A stretch of 64,000 bases of DNA, taken from positions 7,620 through 71,619 of the forward strand of contig JAJFIK010000012.1 of assembly GCA_021775005.1 (NCBI GenBank). Direction: 5' to 3'. The notes under the pieces are model-generated. The model made no database searches. It worked only from the letters and a program-made list of their open reading frames with translations, and was not told where the DNA came from. Positions 9,300 to 18,961 of this stretch are shown here, one piece after another. The first letter of the stretch is position 1, and the number at the start of each line of letters is the position of its first letter. Both the position numbers and the translations under genes were made by a program. The DNA comes from Rhodospirillales bacterium. GTDB taxonomy: Bacteria; Pseudomonadota; Alphaproteobacteria; JAJFIK01.

Positions 9300-10559
9300 A
9301 TGAATTTAGCAAGAATGATCGCTTTGGGTTTTGTGGCAGGTAGCGTTTTGTGTGCGCCCCTGGCTGTTGCAGATGAAACAGATACTGCGAGCAGCACGTC
9401 TTCAAGCTTTATAGATGCCATCTTAGATGGCGAGTTCTCCGCAAGCCTTCGGTATCGCTATGCGCATATTGATCAAGCTGGTTTTGCAGAAGATGCCGAA
9501 GCGTCCACTATTCAAATTCTGCTGGGATATGAAACCGGGATTTGGGAAGGGCTCAGCGCCTTTGGTCAGCTCCGCAACGTAAGTGTGTTGGGGTCAGAGC
9601 GCTATAACAGCACCGTAAATGGTTTGGCGCAGTACCCGGTGGAAGCGGATCCCGATACCACCGAAGTGGATCAACTTTTCGTTCGTTACGCGGGGCTTCC
9701 CAATCTCACCGTTACTGTGGGACGTCGGAAACTGAACTGGGGCAATCAGCGCTTCGTCAGCGCGCTTGGTTGGCGTCAGAACAATCGCTCATTCGATGGC
9801 ATTGTTGTGGAATCAACGCCGGTCAATGATCTTTCATTCCGCTATGCCTATTCTCTTGGCGTCAATCGCGCCTTTACCGATGAATCGCCGGTGGGGAATT
9901 TTGACGGCGATTTCCACCTCTTCAATCTTGTCTATGGCGGGCTTGAGCACGGCACACTCACGGGCTACGCCTATGTCAATGATTTCGATGATGCTTTTGC
10001 CCTTGGGCTCTCGTCGCAAACCTATGGCGCGAATTTTACCGGCAGCACCACGGTCAATGACTTGACCCTTGGCATGGTTTTGGAATACGCGCATCAGTCC
10101 GATTTTGGCAATCACCCATCAAGCTATGATGCGTATTATTTCCGTGTTGAGCCGTCTGTTTCTGCCCATGGTCTGACCCTGCGGGGGGGGCTGGAAATTC
10201 TTGATGGTGACGGCACCAATTCATTTAAAACGCCACTTGCTTTGCTGCACGCCTATAACGGCTGGGCCGATCAGTTTTTGGTCACGCCGGGGGCGGGCCT
10301 GCAAGATGTGTATGGTTCCGCGTCATATCGGTTTGGCAGCGACACGCCGGAATTTCTTGACGGTGTTCGTGTGACAGTCGCCTACCACGACTTCCAGGCG
10401 GAAGAGAGCTCTATGTCCTACGGCACAGAGTGGGATGGCTCAATTGTTGTGCCTTTGGGGGATCATTTCTCTACCTCCCTCAAGTTTGCGAGCTATAGCG
10501 CCGACGGGTTCCGTGTCGACACCGAAAAAGTCTGGTGGATCTTCACCGCGCGCTATTAG
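9300..10559 (+). CDS. Outer-membrane beta-barrel protein (alginate-export/porin-like family)
   Basis: Signal peptide, amphipathic beta strands, 'RFVSALGWRQN', 'FKTPLALLHAYNGWADQFL', aromatic C-terminus (FTARY). Confidence 0.75.
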   Translation: MNLARMIALGFVAGSVLCAPLAVADETDTASSTSSSFIDAILDGEFSASLRYRYAHIDQAGFAEDAEASTIQILLGYETGIWEGLSAFGQLRNVSVLGSERYNSTVNGLAQYPVEADPDTTEVDQLFVRYAGLPNLTVTVGRRKLNWGNQRFVSALGWRQNNRSFDGIVVESTPVNDLSFRYAYSLGVNRAFTDESPVGNFDGDFHLFNLVYGGLEHGTLTGYAYVNDFDDAFALGLSSQTYGANFTGSTTVNDLTLGMVLEYAHQSDFGNHPSSYDAYYFRVEPSVSAHGLTLRGGLEILDGDGTNSFKTPLALLHAYNGWADQFLVTPGAGLQDVYGSASYRFGSDTPEFLDGVRVTVAYHDFQAEESSMSYGTEWDGSIVVPLGDHFSTSLKFASYSADGFRVDTEKVWWIFTARY

Positions 10560-10582
10560 GCAAACTAGCGATCGCGAAGGTT

Positions 10583-10619
10583 AGGCAGCCTCTTGGGTGA
10601 CCAGGGGGCTGCCTTTTTT
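10583..10619 (+). terminator. Intrinsic terminator between convergent porin and osmC genes
   Basis: AGGCAGCCTCTTGG-gtga-CCAGGGGGCTGCCT followed by TTTTT. Confidence 0.75.
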
Positions 10620-11208
10620 ATCCGTTGCTGTGGTAGCTGATCTCAATGGGTGGAGAGTGCTTGATCGTCTGCATCACAACGCAGCTTTCCTCTCCGGCTT
10701 TGAGGATCGCAGCAATGGTTTGCTCCGGCACGTTCCCGCCATCAATGTCCACGTCAATGGTGAATGACTGAAAGCCCACAGGCACACCTTGGGCCATTTT
10801 GAGCGTTCCGCGCACGTCCACATGACCGCGCACCTGAACGGACAGCGCCTTGAGATCAACGCCCAGGCGGCAGCAGATCAGGCGAATGCAACTGTCAAAG
10901 CAGGCGGCGATGGCCGCACACAGCAGCTCCCCCGGATTTGGGAAGTCGTGATTGCCGCCCACTTTCTCATGAACGCCAATGTCGATGGGCGGTAGATCGT
11001 AGTGCCCGAGGGTCACTTGGCTGTAGAGCGCAGTGGTGCCCGGCACAAAGGCGCTGGTGGTCACCGCCTCGTCCACCACAAGGGCATGGCCTGCATCGGC
11101 CTTGTAAGCCGCATCCAGGCCCGCGTGACGCGCCCCCAGATCAACGGGCAGATAGCTCAGAACAGTGTCCTTAAACGATGGCTGGATGGTTTGGTGCTGA
11201 ATGGTCAT
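10618..11208 (-). CDS. OsmC/Ohr family protein
   Basis: 'GG..DFPNPGELLCAAIAAC' and second Cys 'ESCVV'; 'VDVRGTL...VPVGFQS'. Confidence 0.85.
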   Translation of the reverse strand: MTIQHQTIQPSFKDTVLSYLPVDLGARHAGLDAAYKADAGHALVVDEAVTTSAFVPGTTALYSQVTLGHYDLPPIDIGVHEKVGGNHDFPNPGELLCAAIAACFDSCIRLICCRLGVDLKALSVQVRGHVDVRGTLKMAQGVPVGFQSFTIDVDIDGGNVPEQTIAAILKAGEESCVVMQTIKHSPPIEISYHSNG

Positions 11209-11315
11209 TTTTGGCGCTCCTTCATTGTCTTGATGGCAATGAGGTACGCCCCCCGGGCCGTTGTTGATACTTTGGCCGCGCTAGCATTAGGCTTTGCATT
11301 CGATAGAGAGTCGCT

Positions 11316-12035
11316 ATGAATTTCGTAGTGACCACCACGGAGGCCCATTTGAACAAATCCGGCAGCCTGTGCCCGGCGCTGAAAGCCGCTGATATGATTG
11401 GCGACAAGTGGGTGCTTTTGATCTTGCGCGAGCTGTTTCTCGGCGCAACGCGCTATTCGGACATGCAGCGCGCTATCGCGCGCATTTCCCCCAGTGTCTT
11501 GAGCGGTCGGCTGAAACAGATGGAAGCCCACGGGCTCATCATCAAGCGGACGATCAAAGGGCAGAAGGGCAGTGAGTATCGCCTGACCCGTTCGGGCAAA
11601 GAACTCGCGCCCCTTGTGGATCAGCTTTCCCGCTGGGGCCTTCGGTGGGCGCGGCGCAGATTGGAAGATGAAGACATTGATGTGGGCACATTCATGTGGG
11701 ACTTCCACCGCACGCTCAAGGTTGATGAGCTTCCCGACGGGGAAACGGTCTTCAGTGTTCAAATCACCAATGCCGCCCAGCAAGATAAGTGGTGGCTTTT
11801 GGTGAATGGTGAAACAGTTGATCTTTGCACAGAGGATCCTGGCCAGGACGTGGATCTCTACATCACCGGGGCGCTGAGCGACATTGTGGCGGTGTGGATG
11901 GGGGATGTGACGCCCAAGGACGCCGTGGCAGCGGGCACCGTGCAGCTCACCGGTGCAAAGCATCTCCTCAGCTCAGCCGCGCGCTGGTTTCCGCGCTCTA
12001 TATATGCGGATGTGCGGCCCGAGGATGGGACTTAA
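11316..12035 (+). CDS. HxlR-family winged-helix regulator with C-terminal SCP2-like domain
   Basis: 'CPALKAADMIGDKWVLLILREL..GATRY...LSGRLKQME...EYRLTRSG..L..W'; divergent from osmC. Confidence 0.88.
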   Translation: MNFVVTTTEAHLNKSGSLCPALKAADMIGDKWVLLILRELFLGATRYSDMQRAIARISPSVLSGRLKQMEAHGLIIKRTIKGQKGSEYRLTRSGKELAPLVDQLSRWGLRWARRRLEDEDIDVGTFMWDFHRTLKVDELPDGETVFSVQITNAAQQDKWWLLVNGETVDLCTEDPGQDVDLYITGALSDIVAVWMGDVTPKDAVAAGTVQLTGAKHLLSSAARWFPRSIYADVRPEDGT

Positions 12036-12144
12036 TGTCTCCGGCCTTTTTCTTTGGCAGTGTCCCAAGGCATGTTCCTTGAATCGCTCAGCCACAGGGA
12101 TGCCGGAAACTCGCTCACCGGATGCAATGCCATCTCGATGGAGG

Positions 12145-14460
12145 CTATTCCGATTGCGAATAAAGATGCACATCCCTTTGTGGGAAAGGGATTGCAATGC
12201 CCTGTTCTCTGAAGGCTTTGAATAGCGCAATGCGAATATCGTTGCCCACAAAAAATCTTTTCTGAACGTCGGAGATGAAAACCCGCAACTCAAAATCCAG
12301 TGAGCTGTCCCCGAAGTTCGCAAAATAAACAAAGGGCTCAGGCTCACGCAAAGCAAGGGGGTGTGCCCCTGCGATGTGAAGGGCAATGTCGCGCACCTGT
12401 TCAGGATCCGAACGATAGGAGACACCGAACGGCACAATCACGCGGCCCACGCGATCTTTTAACATCCAATTGGTAATCGGAGCAGTAATCAGCTCGGAAT
12501 TCGGAACAATAATTGACGAGCGCTCAAACGTCTCTATCTCGGTGGAGCGGATGCCAATTTTCTTGACGATGCCTTCGGCCGACGTTGCCACAATCCAATC
12601 ACCTACTTTGATGGGCCGTTCGAACAATAAGATCAATCCGGAAACAAAATTGTTGACGATACTCTGAAGGCCAAACCCGATGCCAACCGAAAGGGCGCCT
12701 GCGATCAGAGCAACACCGGTGAGGTTGAATCCAAATGCGGAAATCGCTGCGGTGAGTGCGATGACGAGCCCCACGTATCCCACTATGGTTTGAAGGGAAT
12801 TACGAATACTGGGCTCAATCTTCGTGCGGGGCAGAATAGTTCGGTCCAAAACCAATTGAAAAAGCCTGGTCGCAGAGAGCAGCGCGACAAACAATCCAAT
12901 TCCGAAAAGAATATTGGCAATGGAAATAGTTACAGGGCCAATTTGAATGCCAAAAAAGGCCTGGGTGAGCCAGTCGGCCAGATCAATCCAATCAATCCCG
13001 AAGATTATCAAAAAGATTGGCAAACTGACCAACAAAATGAGGGCATCCAGCCCAAAATTTATCCAAAAGATAGACAGGCTTGCTTCCGAACTCTGATCCT
13101 CGTTAGGCGGCCCGTGGGTTGCGATAACCGCCTCGGTGGAAAGCCGGTGTACATAATAAACCGTCGCGCCCAGCGCCGTTAGAAACAGCGCTTTTACAAC
13201 AATCAATGCCCCAAGGGCGGGGTAACCGACAAGCGCGGCCCCAACTGCAAGTGTTGCGGCGGCGCGCGTAAGACCATTTATCACCGCTGGCGGCCAACCA
13301 CGTGTCGATACGCGGAATAGAACCGAATGCCAGAATGTCGTGCCGCCCAATAGAAAAAGTGCTGGGCCCACTACAATAGTAAAGACGTAGCTTTGAATAA
13401 TAGTCGCTTCCACGGGGAATGCCGCCATCGTGGCAATCCAATTGAATCCGAGGAAGGCAGCGAGCCCGATGGCGCACCACCAGAATAGCCTGCCGATGCG
13501 TCGCGCATTTCGGTCATCTACATGGACCACACGAAATTCATGGCGGCGCGGCGCCACAAGGGAGGCACCGCTGACGCCCCCAAATGCCAAGCACAGCCCA
13601 ACTTGAAAAAGGATAGCCAAAACCGCAGCATTCTGAAGTGCGGATACACCAAACAGAGCTGCGCCTTGGGCAACCGAGAAGAGTGATGCCAGAACCCAAA
13701 GCCCAACAAGACCAAGGGTTACCGTCGCAAACGCCAACTGCCGTAGATGGCGCTCATGCAGATGCTCTATCTGATGGACCAGCTGATTACTGGCCAAGCG
13801 GCGAAGGCCAAACGCCAAGAAGGGTCCGCCAAAGAGAAGCGCCAGCGCAAATACAATCCGGAGGGAGATCGTATCATTAGTTGACTGCGTCGCTTGTGAC
13901 CAAAGGCTATTTAGGGATGCCGCGTAGTTCTGGAGCCCGTTGGACCAAAGCTGCGCATCAAAAACCAGGGGCGCGGACTGTGTGGCCTCGGATAAATAGA
14001 TGTTACGCCGCTGCGCAGAAACGCGGGAAAGAAGGCGGGATGACTCGGCAAAATTGGAATCCGATTGACGCATAATGTCTTCAAGTCGTTGAGACTGGAT
14101 AAACAGGTCCGTGCGCACAGTGCCAAAGGCGTCATCCTCTGGACCAATCCCCGCTGGCGTTTCTCCCAGCTCGGCAATCTGCAAAAGGACGACAGCTTGG
14201 CGCTGTCTGAGCTGATCTGCCAAAGCGCGCGAGCTACTTCGAACATTGCGGGCGATGGTTCGAATTTCTCTAAGGCGGCTATCGGCCAAATTGTTGGTCG
14301 CCATCTCCACAGAGATCGCCTCAAGCATAGCGCGCCGCTCAACCTGCAAACTGGTAATTTCAGCCAAATCGAAATCCTGGGCAATTACAGGATTCGCCAA
14401 TAGGCTGATGAGGAGTATTGGAAACAGAAAAAGCGACTTCCTGAATGTATCTAAAGCCAT
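12145..14460 (-). CDS. Large MscS-family mechanosensitive channel (N-terminal DUF3772-like helical region)
   Basis: 'GALSVGIGFGLQSIVNNFVSGLILLFERPIKVGDWI...GIRST...IIVPNS...FGDSSLDFEL...IPFPQRD'; ATG 14460 overlaps the zntB end. Confidence 0.92.
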   Translation of the reverse strand: MALDTFRKSLFLFPILLISLLANPVIAQDFDLAEITSLQVERRAMLEAISVEMATNNLADSRLREIRTIARNVRSSSRALADQLRQRQAVVLLQIAELGETPAGIGPEDDAFGTVRTDLFIQSQRLEDIMRQSDSNFAESSRLLSRVSAQRRNIYLSEATQSAPLVFDAQLWSNGLQNYAASLNSLWSQATQSTNDTISLRIVFALALLFGGPFLAFGLRRLASNQLVHQIEHLHERHLRQLAFATVTLGLVGLWVLASLFSVAQGAALFGVSALQNAAVLAILFQVGLCLAFGGVSGASLVAPRRHEFRVVHVDDRNARRIGRLFWWCAIGLAAFLGFNWIATMAAFPVEATIIQSYVFTIVVGPALFLLGGTTFWHSVLFRVSTRGWPPAVINGLTRAAATLAVGAALVGYPALGALIVVKALFLTALGATVYYVHRLSTEAVIATHGPPNEDQSSEASLSIFWINFGLDALILLVSLPIFLIIFGIDWIDLADWLTQAFFGIQIGPVTISIANILFGIGLFVALLSATRLFQLVLDRTILPRTKIEPSIRNSLQTIVGYVGLVIALTAAISAFGFNLTGVALIAGALSVGIGFGLQSIVNNFVSGLILLFERPIKVGDWIVATSAEGIVKKIGIRSTEIETFERSSIIVPNSELITAPITNWMLKDRVGRVIVPFGVSYRSDPEQVRDIALHIAGAHPLALREPEPFVYFANFGDSSLDFELRVFISDVQKRFFVGNDIRIALFKAFREQGIAIPFPQRDVHLYSQSE

Positions 14461-15449
14461 TTGAGGTGCCTGAAAAATGCTAACAATCCCACACCAATAC
14501 CGCCGAGCCCCAAGAACACGAACCAAAAAGCCCAGGGATAGTTTGCACCGGGTATACCCCCCACATTGATCCCCAGAAGGCCGGTTAGAAATCCAAGTGG
14601 CAAGAAGATTGCCGCCACGATGGACAGAACGAGCATGTTTCGGTTCATTGCCTCTGCACGCAGATCGACAATTTGATCATTAAGGATGGCACCCCGATCC
14701 CGCACCGCATCCAGTTCTTCAACATTCCGCGTTAAGTGGTCGGCAAATCCGCGCAACCTGACACGTTCCCGCTGCTGTACAAATGGGGCACCGCTGGATG
14801 CAAAATGATTTAACGCCTCTCTCTGGGGACCGACATGCCGACGAAGCTGAATGGCTGATCGCCGCAGTTGAGCTACCAGGCCCCGGTGGGTGCCAAACTC
14901 GCCATCGACGGTGGCCGCTTCGATTTCATCAACGCTCTCTTCAAGACTTTGAACAACCCCGTCCATTCGCGCTGTCAACCGACCTGCCAGCTCTACTAGA
15001 ATGTGGGTGGTGCTCTGCGGCTTCCACCCCGTCTCGATCATCGCTTGCAAATCTTTGATCGCCATCAGTGGGCGGCGACGCGTTGTAATCAGAATATATG
15101 GTGTCAGCCAAGCCCGAAGCGAAACCATGTCTTCTGGGTCTGCCCCCGGATTGAGATTGATGCCGCGAAAATTGACCAAGAGATCGCCGTCAATTTCCTC
15201 GTATCGCGGGCGGGTCTCCTCGGCCACCAGAGCAATTGCGATTTCTGTTGGAATGTCATTGTTGGCTTTAAGCCAAGCGGTAGTCTCTTCGGACAACGCA
15301 TCCATGTGAAGCCAAAGGAAACTATCTGAGCGGGGTTTCGCAGCGCGATCCTTTACTTCGCCCCAATCAAGGACGGTCACTTCCTGACTTGGAGCTACTG
15401 CAACACCAAAGATCAAAGGTTCAGACATTAGGTATGGTTCCGCTTGCAT
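14451..15449 (-). CDS. zntB: ZntB/CorA family divalent cation transporter
   Basis: 'WLH...ETRPR...NFRGINLNPGADPEDMVSLR', 'FLPLGFLTGLLGINVGGIPG' (GIN rather than CorA GMN), two C-terminal TMs; alternative start 15428. Confidence 0.88.
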   Translation of the reverse strand: MQAEPYLMSEPLIFGVAVAPSQEVTVLDWGEVKDRAAKPRSDSFLWLHMDALSEETTAWLKANNDIPTEIAIALVAEETRPRYEEIDGDLLVNFRGINLNPGADPEDMVSLRAWLTPYILITTRRRPLMAIKDLQAMIETGWKPQSTTHILVELAGRLTARMDGVVQSLEESVDEIEAATVDGEFGTHRGLVAQLRRSAIQLRRHVGPQREALNHFASSGAPFVQQRERVRLRGFADHLTRNVEELDAVRDRGAILNDQIVDLRAEAMNRNMLVLSIVAAIFLPLGFLTGLLGINVGGIPGANYPWAFWFVFLGLGGIGVGLLAFFRHLKWL

Positions 15450-15553
15450 TGGGGTTTAATAATATCTCCCCGCCAGGCTCAAGTAAAAAGAAATATGCGT
15501 TCTGCAGCCCACTGCCTAACCTGGGCGGCGCACAGAAACATACCGCTGATGCA

Positions 15554-15575
15554 TCATGAGAGCATGCTCTCATGA
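15554..15575. promoter_or_regulatory. Perfect 22-bp palindrome, candidate operator upstream of zntB
   Basis: TCATGAGAGCATGCTCTCATGA reads the same on both strands. Confidence 0.5.
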
Positions 15576-15786
15576 CCAAAGACATAGTATACACAGAACG
15601 ATCATTGTGAACATTGGGCTGATCGGATACTGGAAAACGGGTCCCATAGAAAATACCTTGCCGACAACAGATATGTTAGATTGCAACGTCAAGCCGCGCG
15701 GGAGGCAGCCCTCACCAAAGATTGAGAGAGGTGATCTGTGCTGACGCCCTAAGGCATAACCCCTATGCGTCTACTCTGCGATTCCA

Positions 15787-16830
15787 TTAGATGATTTCGT
15801 CCTCATCGAAACTTTGATCAGCATCCAGTTGCGTGGTCATGCTGTCGATTGTTGATTCCGCATCAGTGTTGACCGATAATTTGGCAATGTGGAACAAGCC
15901 GTCGCCTTCGTTCACGACGGGTAAATCTGTTCGACCGACTATCAATCCAGCTTCTGTAACACGAAGTTCTGTTTCGCTTTCACCAAAGGGGTCCGAGATA
16001 ATGCCGAGAATATCATTTTCTGCGACCTGGTCACCTGTGGTTTTGAATGTGCGCATCAAACCTCCAGCAGATGCCCTGATCCAATAGCTAGACCGTGACT
16101 TCATCGGGCTGATTTTGTTGTGGCTGGATTTTTTCGTCGCAACCATATTCAGATGGCGCATCACCCGCTGGATACCCGATACACCAGCACGCACCGCAAA
16201 CTCATCGAACCTAAGGCCCTGCCCGCCTTCATAGACCAGCGCATCAATGTTGTTCTCCTGCGCCATGCGTCGAAGCGAGTTTTCCCTGGTTTTAGCAGTA
16301 AGGATCAGCGGCGGCGCAAAGGCCTCCGCCAGGGCCATGGCGCGCGGGCTGGAGGGAGAAATACGAATCTGCGGTAAATTCGTTCGGTTGACCGCGGCAG
16401 AGTGAAGATCAATGCCAACATCGGACCGCAAAACAACCTCGGTCATGAAGATGTGGGCTAGACGCGCGGCCAGGGATCCTGTGGGGCTGCCGGGAAATGA
16501 TCGGTTCAAGTCTCGCCGATCAGGCAAGTACCTGGAATGGGTCATAAAGCCAAATGTATTCACTACTGGGATCACCAACAGAGTACCTTTCAGGCGCCGC
16601 AAGGCCGGTGATCGAAGAAGCCGCCGCGCAATCTCTACGCCAATGATTTCATCTCCGTGTATGGCGGCGCTAACGAACATGGTTGGGCCCTCGCGTTTGC
16701 CATGCACCACATGCACCGACATGGACACGGGCGTATGGTCAGGCATCACACTTACGGGCAGGTCAACCGTTTCACGGGTTCCGGCCAGAATATTGTGTGT
16801 GCCAATACGAAAGGGTTCTCTTTCTGGCAT
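15787..16830 (-). CDS. Succinylglutamate desuccinylase/aspartoacylase-like M14 zinc deacylase/carboxypeptidase
   Basis: 'AIHGDEIIG', 'RRDLNRSFPG', 'IDLH', 'YEGG'; C-terminal 'GGL...GD.V...PVVNEGD' domain; start overlaps the rimK stop (TAATG). Confidence 0.9.
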   Translation of the reverse strand: MPEREPFRIGTHNILAGTRETVDLPVSVMPDHTPVSMSVHVVHGKREGPTMFVSAAIHGDEIIGVEIARRLLRSPALRRLKGTLLVIPVVNTFGFMTHSRYLPDRRDLNRSFPGSPTGSLAARLAHIFMTEVVLRSDVGIDLHSAAVNRTNLPQIRISPSSPRAMALAEAFAPPLILTAKTRENSLRRMAQENNIDALVYEGGQGLRFDEFAVRAGVSGIQRVMRHLNMVATKKSSHNKISPMKSRSSYWIRASAGGLMRTFKTTGDQVAENDILGIISDPFGESETELRVTEAGLIVGRTDLPVVNEGDGLFHIAKLSVNTDAESTIDSMTTQLDADQSFDEDEII

Positions 16831-17735
16831 TAGCCTCTGCCCTTGGTCTTGGTTTTGTTTGGTTGTGCTGACTTCTCGATGAATTCAATAATTCGGCCAG
16901 CAACATCAATCCCCGTCGCTTTTTCAATGCCTTCGAGTCCGGGCGACGAGTTCACTTCCATGACGACCGGCCCTTCATTGGATCGGAGCATATCGACGCC
17001 GCACACATTCAGCCCCATTCGTTTGGCAGCGCGAACGGCGGTGGAGCGTTCTTCTGGCGATATCTTGACAATTTCGGCGGTACCGCCGCGGTGGAGATTG
17101 GAACGGAACTCACCTTCTGCCCCTGTGCGCTTCATTGTTGCGACCACTCTCTCACCAACAACAAGGGCACGGATGTCGCTACCCCCGGCCTCTTTGACAA
17201 ATTTTTGCACCAGAATATTCACATTGGCTCCACGAAACGCTTCGATAACGGACATGGCCGAGCGATCGGAATCCACCAGCACCACGCCAATCCCTTGCGT
17301 GCCTTCCAGAAGTTTGATCACAAGCGGCGCACCGCCGGTGACACGCAGAACTTCCTCGGTTTGCTTTGGATCATAGGCAAAGGTGGTTTCCGGCAATCCG
17401 AGGCCAGCCTGGGCCAACAACTGAAGAGAGCGAAGCTTATCCCGTGACCGGCCTACAGCAACCGACTCGTTCAAAGGATAAACGCCCATCATTTCGAACT
17501 GTCTCAGAACGGCAAGACCATAAAATGTAATCGAAGCTCCTATGCGAGGAATGACGGCATCGTATCGAGGAAGTTTCTCGCCGTTGTAATAGATCGCTGG
17601 ATTCTTGGACACAATATTCATGTAACAGCGCAGCGTGTCGATGACGTCCAATTGGTGGCCACGTTGTTCGGCGGCTTCTTTCAACCTCTTGTGGGAATAG
17701 AGGTTGGGATTTCGTGCAAGCATTGCGATTCTCAT
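16830..17735 (-). CDS. rimK: RimK family alpha-L-glutamate ligase (ATP-grasp)
   Basis: '[14 protein letters not shown]', '[15 protein letters not shown]', '[12 protein letters not shown]', '[11 protein letters not shown]', 'FRSNLHRGG', '[13 protein letters not shown]'. Confidence 0.96.
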   Translation of the reverse strand: MRIAMLARNPNLYSHKRLKEAAEQRGHQLDVIDTLRCYMNIVSKNPAIYYNGEKLPRYDAVIPRIGASITFYGLAVLRQFEMMGVYPLNESVAVGRSRDKLRSLQLLAQAGLGLPETTFAYDPKQTEEVLRVTGGAPLVIKLLEGTQGIGVVLVDSDRSAMSVIEAFRGANVNILVQKFVKEAGGSDIRALVVGERVVATMKRTGAEGEFRSNLHRGGTAEIVKISPEERSTAVRAAKRMGLNVCGVDMLRSNEGPVVMEVNSSPGLEGIEKATGIDVAGRIIEFIEKSAQPNKTKTKGRG

Positions 17736-17788
17736 GAGTGAAACCCTTTCGAGGTCTGTTGGGGATTAGCAGAATTCGGGAATAAGGA

Positions 17789-18268
17789 TCAGATCGAGTG
17801 GTCTGCTGCGGCGCGAAAAGACCGAGGCAGACCCGCGAGATACGACCGCCCCGGGTCAATGCAAATCCGCCTATTTCTTAGTGCCGTTCGGCCCAAAATG
17901 AGGTCGAACTTCATTTGCTCCCGATCCGCGAGAAACAGTTCAATTCGCCATTGCCGCCGACCGAGCGTTAAATTGGTTTCTATTACATACCTGAGCTCAG
18001 GAACGCCGCTTGTATTCTTGACCTTGCGGGTGTCAAAGATCGGCGCGCGGCAGCGACGCAGGCGCGACGCGCCGGTAGACACAACATCGAATTCGATCCA
18101 GCGCGTATCTTCATGATCGAGCTCGCCAATAATTACCGCGTGTAGCGCAGATGTTCGTGCACCAGTATCGATTTTGGCATTGAGTGAATCGATGCCAAGG
18201 CCGGGTAGCGCGATTGTTTCGCGCCAGCCTATCTCTGAATTCGACCTTTTGGGCTGGCAGGTTGTCAT
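17789..18268 (-). CDS. RimB-like retropepsin-type protease (often annotated ATP-dependent Zn protease)
   Basis: 'IGWRE...AKIDTGARTSALHA...VKNTSG..E.RYVI...LADREQM...ILGR...IDPGRSYL'; ATG 18268 overlaps the upstream stop (ATGA). Confidence 0.88.
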   Translation of the reverse strand: MTTCQPKRSNSEIGWRETIALPGLGIDSLNAKIDTGARTSALHAVIIGELDHEDTRWIEFDVVSTGASRLRRCRAPIFDTRKVKNTSGVPELRYVIETNLTLGRRQWRIELFLADREQMKFDLILGRTALRNRRICIDPGRSYLAGLPRSFRAAADHSI

Positions 18269-18546
18269 TTGAGGCACTCTTCATTGGCGCGCCGATAATT
18301 CACAAATGAATTCGCACTCATCATTACAAAAAAACTCTCCATGTCGATCAGGATGTAGCCTCGATCAAGTAATTCCCGGGTGAGAAAGAGCACATCATCT
18401 TCAAAGAGGCGGCGGCATTTAGTGAGGTGACGGAGGTGTTTGACCGCAATGCGGAAGCGCCCCCTCGGTTTCCCCCCAAAAGGGCGGTCGTAGAGCTTCG
18501 CTAGAGTGCCGGCAGCGTCGATCAGGTTTTGGCGGTCGTCTCTCAT
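18265..18546 (-). CDS. Small hypothetical protein (93 aa), first gene of the rimK operon; possibly winged-helix fold
   Basis: Stop coupled to the protease start by ATGA; ATG sits just after a consensus sigma70 promoter; helix/strand alternation seen by eye. Confidence 0.75.
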   Translation of the reverse strand: MRDDRQNLIDAAGTLAKLYDRPFGGKPRGRFRIAVKHLRHLTKCRRLFEDDVLFLTRELLDRGYILIDMESFFVMMSANSFVNYRRANEECLK

Positions 18547-18552
18547 ACAAAT

Positions 18553-18581
18553 ACTATATAATGGCAAACAATATTTGTCAA
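18553..18581 (-). promoter_or_regulatory. Consensus sigma70 promoter of the rimK operon (leaderless geometry)
   Basis: TTGACA (18581-18576), 17-bp spacer, TATAGT (18558-18553), 6 nt, then ATG at 18546; no SD. Confidence 0.75.
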
Positions 18582-18961
18582 ATAGGTATTTTTTTTGTGA
18601 TATAGACAAATTATATTGTATGTTACCCTGCTAAGACCCAAGCGAGAGGATCCCATGCCGCTTCGTGCCGCCGCTCAATTGACTGATGAGACCTCATCCA
18701 TTGCCAGAGCATCCTCCGCGCCTTTGTGCGGCATGGATCGGCGCAAGCGCATCGGGTCCCCGGGGAGGGGGCACCATCTTTGGCCTGTGGTATTTGCGCA
18801 TGCGCTGAGATCCGCTTCCGGTATTGATGGTCCCAGTTTCGCCGAGTTGGGTCGTCAGATGCCCTCAATTTCTGGAGGCCTTTGACCCTCAACTCAAGCT
18901 GGTGGCGGGCAGATATAGCTGTGCTAGGCTGCTGCCGGGTGATGGATTGGGACGGTTTCAG

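Noticed and set aside
18648-18740. CTGATGAG within an inverted-repeat region, suggesting a hammerhead ribozyme
   Set aside because: No GAAA after a stem II and no three-way junction; GATGAG simply pairs with the adjacent CTCATC.
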